Below are positions 59,821 through 64,000 of a stretch of 64,000 nucleotides of DNA, in pieces. How positions within the stretch are numbered: the first letter of the stretch is position 1; each line of letters opens with the position of its first letter. This DNA is from Anthoceros angustus. Taxonomy: Eukaryota > Plantae > Anthocerotophyta. The stretch spans positions 992,001 through 1,056,000 of the forward strand of contig MU008151.1 in the NCBI GenBank assembly GCA_010909165.1, written 5' to 3'. Below the pieces are notes generated by a model. It did not search any database, had not been told where the DNA came from, and saw only the letters and a program-made list of their open reading frames with translations. The translations under genes were made by a program, and so were the position numbers.

Positions 59821-62470
59821 ACTTTTGGCCTAAGTGCTCACTCGTAGTTGCGCATATCAACTTTGTAATTCTTGAATGTCGTTCCTCGTGTCTGAGGCAA
59901 CACAAGGAGGGTATTACAACACAAACAAGGTATCATACACAGAGTATTACCACACAACAAAGCATCAATCAAAACATGGACAAACGTCGTATAAAAACGC
60001 CTTAATCCAAGAGAATGAGAAGTCCACGATTAACGGTTGTGCAATTCCTCCCGCCACGCATACTCAAACGATTCATGCAAAATATGCACACCTATTCGAA
60101 AACATCGAATCGTTAGAAGCAAACAACAAGAATGTATTGCAAAATGCACACAAGAAGCTAGGAATCGAACACAAACCTTTTTCGGGCGCCGCCCAAAAGA
60201 ACATTGATGGTCACCGTGGGCAAGAATTGCCTCTCATCATCATCGGATATCGGTTTCACCACCTTCGACGATACTATACCAAGGTCCCGATTTTCATGGA
60301 AGCAACAAGTGCAGACAACCATTGAACACGCCGTGAAACATATTGATCACGCACATCGGACCCAAGACGGCTTTGCTCGAACACACTTCCTTATCAAAAT
60401 GCGATTGAACCCTCGAAAGAAGGACATCAACCGCACCAATATCGAATCGACATAAAATGAAAAGAAACACAACGGAATAACAGAAAGGGATGAAGACTTA
60501 CGTTTGTGGAGAGAATCTTGAGTTGTCTTTTAAGTTCGAACTTGGTGGAAAACGGTATCAATATAAGGTTCAAGTCCTTGTGAGGAATGTCCTCTATTGC
60601 ACTATCCCAACCCCTCACACCACTCACTTTCATGAAAGACTTAAGACGACTCGGCACCAATTATTTTGGCGTTTGGACTTGTCCTCACCACCACTCATTG
60701 CATCATTCACGGCTCCCTCAGAATCGAGGGTCAAACCCTTGGTCCCTAAAATGGGCCTCATCTTCAATTTCTTCCATGCCCATAGCAAAATCATCCTCGG
60801 GATCAGACCTCATTCTCTCAAACATATCAATACACTCGGTCGTGATAACTTGAGTTCGGGAGCGACAGGAATGGAAAACTCACCAGGTGAAAGGAATTGA
60901 GACTTATCTCACGGAGCAGCCACACACCATTTCGAGATCAGAGGGCATGCGCGAGGACCATGGAATCGAGTAATCGATGGACATTCTCACCAACAAACTT
61001 AACCCCTCTCTCGAAGCAGGACAATAGTTAGTAATCTCGACAAGGGACCCTCCACCAAGGGCAGTCGGGTGTCAACCCTTCTTCTCTTCCGAGCAAATTC
61101 AGCGGACGCATCCTCCTTGGATGAAAAGTGCCTTGGCGGTTTGGGAATGGACTTTTGGCGGAAGTGCTCACTCGTAGTTGCGCATATCAACTTTGTAATT
61201 CTTGAATGTCGTTCCTCGTGTCTGAGGCAACACAAGGAGGGTATTACAACACAAACAAGGTATCATACACAGAGTATTACCACACAACAAAGCATCAATC
61301 AAAACATGGACAAACGTCGTATAAAAACGCCTCGAATCCAAGAGAATGAGAAGTCCACGATTAACGGTTGTGCAATTCCTCCCCACGTGCAAACGATTCA
61401 TGCAAAATATGCACACCTATTCGAAAACATCGAATCGTTAGAAGCAAACAACAAGAATGTGTATTGCAAAATGCACACAAGAAGCTAGGAATCGAACACA
61501 AACCTTTTTCGGGCGCCGCCCAAAAGAACATTGATGGTCACTGGGCAAGAATTGCCTCTCATCATCATCGGATATCGGTTTCACCACCTTCGACGATACT
61601 ATACCAAGGTCTTTCGATTTTCATGGAAGCAACAAGTGCTGACAACCATTGAACACGCCGTGAAACATATTGATCACGCACATCGGACCCAAGACGGCTT
61701 TGCTCGAACACACTTCCTTATCAAAATGCGATTGAACCCTCGAAGAAGGACATCAACCGCACCAATATCGAATCGACATAAAATGAAAAACACAACGGAA
61801 TAAAGAAAGGGATGAAGACTTACGTTGAGAGAATCTTGAGTTGTCTTTTAAGTTCGAACTTGGTGGAAAACGGTATCAATATAAGGTTCAAGTCCTTGTG
61901 AGGAATGTCCTCTATTGCACTATCCCAACCCCTCACACCACTCACTTTCATGAAAGACTTAAGACGGCACCAATTATTTTGGCGTTTGGACTTGTCCTCA
62001 CCACCACTCATTGCATCATTCACGGCTCCCTCGAATCGAGGGTCAAACCCTTGGTCCCTAAAATGGGCCTCATCTTCAATTTCTTCCATGCCCATAGCAA
62101 AATCATCCTCGGGATCAGACCTCATTCTCTCAAACATATCAATACACTCGGTCGTGATAACTTGTTCGGAGCGCGACGGAATGGAAAACTCACGGTGAAA
62201 GGAATTGAGACTTATCTTGCACGGAGAGCCACACAGCCATTTCGAGATTGTAGGCATGCTTTCAGAAGGACCATGGAATCGAGTAATCGGATGGACATTC
62301 TCACCAACAAACTTAACCCCTCTCTCGAAGGACAATAGTTAGTAATCTCGACAAGGGACCCTCCACCAAGGGCAGTCGGGTGTCAACCCTTCTTCTCTTC
62401 CGAGCAAATTCAAGAAGACGGGCATCCTCCTTGGATGAAAAGTGCCTTGGCGGTTTGGGAATGGACTTTT
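59821..62470. repeat. ~1330-bp tandem duplication (59821-61150 / 61151-62470)
   Basis: Units start at ACTTTTGGC..AAGTGCTCACTCGTAGTTGCG. Duplicate ORF peptides appear in the track (MSSIALSQPLTPLTF twice). Confidence 0.93.
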
Positions 62471-64000
62471 CGGCACCAAATATGTCCTCACTATGCACAA
62501 GGACACCGTCAACTTTACCATCATCCTGCAGAGGGTGGGTTGCGGTGAACGATGGCTGTTTTAACACGTTGTCGAGTGTACGGCTTGGACATGACTTGCA
62601 CAAAGGTGCTTCTTGCCCGTCCAGTGAGGGTTTTCTTTTAGGAGCCATCGCAACAGGAGAAGTCATGTAACAACGTTGAGATGTACAAACAACATAGGAT
62701 AAACGAAAAGAAAGAACTCACATGCGCCTTGAACCGTCCGGATGAGAACTGCTGGAAGGTCTAAAAGTTGATTATCGGCCTGAGACAAGAGAGGATATAA
62801 AGGCCCCAAAACACAACTTGGGGCTAGACATTGTTAGAGTTGTTATTCCTTCCACTTTCTTAAGGATGACACATAGAACTGTAAAAATACACCACATATG
62901 GGAAAAATAAAGTGAAAACCCTTTTTCAAGTACAACAAGAGTTAGACGTACAAACAACCATAGATGTACAACATATACATCGACCACACAAGTAAAACAA
63001 TCAATCGCTCATTGGACAACAGACTCATCCATGCCACACAACAACACATATTTCTAGATTAGAATCGGAAAACATCCAAAGATGTTGGGAGGCAAACCCT
63101 CAGACGTTGCACACTTCAATACCGCACATAAACACCGGTCTATGAGATTAAGCTCCAAGACATGCACACAATACACCATGCCCAATCCAGATTCACTTTT
63201 CAATAGACACAAGCAGATGAGTGATTACCAAATCTACAAGCGGGTCTTCAACGACAAGCAAAAGAAAGCGTTATCGGATTCGCAAAAGTCAACTTATAAC
63301 GACACAACAAACCACAAACGAGACAACGAAAAATAGATGCAGAGAAGAACAAACAACGCTACACAACGGACAATCAACACTACGAGACAAACAAAGTCAT
63401 TACGAAGTCAAGTAGGATCACATGACAGAAGACAAGAACAAAGTGAGATGATACCATATACAAACCAAAGGACAACAAGGACCATACATAGGGGACACTT
63501 CCAACAAGCAAATAAAAGGATTGTATGAAGGACAAATAAAGATACTATTATCACAAATGCATCGATGAACAAAACTCAACCGCTGCAACACTCAAGCTCT
63601 AAGTCTAAGAAAGTTCGTCGTTTTCATAAAAGGAACGAGGGATCCGTTTCAAAACGGCACCACCATTGACTGGCTTCAACAACAAACACGATGTACAACG
63701 AACAACAACAATACAAAGAACAAGAGGAACGGAGAGCGATCGGCAAAGACAAATCGGATAGCAATTGAGCATCGAGACATCTTCTAGCAATAGACAAGCA
63801 CGCGAAAAGAACAAGATCATCGACGGGGAAAGACACACCGCGATAAGGCCAAGACCGAGCGGGCCGAATACATAACATTGATAAGACCAAAACCGCACAA
63901 ACAACAAGAGCAAAACAATAGACAAGGAGGCAACAGACAACGTAAGCGCAAATGGACAGCGATTTCAAAAGGGAGCGATAGACCTTAACCTTTAATAAAC

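Larger units (their letters stand above)
57200..62666 (-). other. Unidentified multi-exon, probably TE-associated gene
   Basis: Coding-like blocks MTSPVAMAPKRKP.. (62666), KWLCGSPCKISLNSF..MGMEEIEDEAHF, ENRDLGIVSSKVVKPISDDDERQFLP, ELLNEELDRMRDDLRGVLP and SLESLIEQAKSTTEFQEKALEIQRRK are separated by intron-like T-rich minus-strand tracts. No family recognised. Confidence 0.4.

Noticed and set aside
36372-64000. The 1.3-kb direct repeats as LTRs of a giant retrotransposon
   Set aside because: No clear TG..CA termini, and neither a PBS nor a PPT is adjacent to the inner boundary at 62672.
1-64000. Prokaryotic origin or anti-phage defence island
   Set aside because: Copia, gypsy and CACTA elements, spliceosomal intron signals, PLS-PPR pieces and low gene density indicate a plant-type nuclear genome. 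No rRNA or tRNA genes were recognised.

Overview
Eukaryotic nuclear DNA, most likely from a non-seed land plant or streptophyte alga. This is inferred from the gene families and TE types; the species cannot be determined. The sequence is rich in 1-bp indels at homopolymers, consistent with a low-accuracy long-read consensus, so frameshifts are not reliable evidence of pseudogenisation. Left half (about 3-31 kb): a rearranged tandem cluster of intronless TORNADO1-like Roco genes (RNI-type LRR, ROC GTPase, COR, TRN1-type C-terminus). There are three close paralogues: 4238-6480 (truncated), 7611-~11893 and 23124-27384. Each has the same upstream cassette. They are interspersed with fragments of more divergent Roco paralogues, PLS-type PPR relics, a captured TPM-domain exon and a multi-copy spacer module. 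The main observation is that the paralogues are nearly identical in the LRR scaffold but swap whole codons at the predicted solvent-exposed xxLxLxx positions of about 12 LRRs, and copy 3 is a patchwork of copy-1-like and copy-2-like tracts. That pattern resembles diversifying immune receptors. Right half (about 32-64 kb): a TE and repeat complex. It holds a GC-rich unassigned island, a ~297-bp satellite cut by a CACTA terminus, minisatellites, a Ty3/gypsy PBS+gag interrupted by a complete short-LTR Ty1/copia element, and an unidentified minus-strand multi-exon gene with exon-containing tandem duplications. No rRNA, tRNA or CRISPR array is supported.
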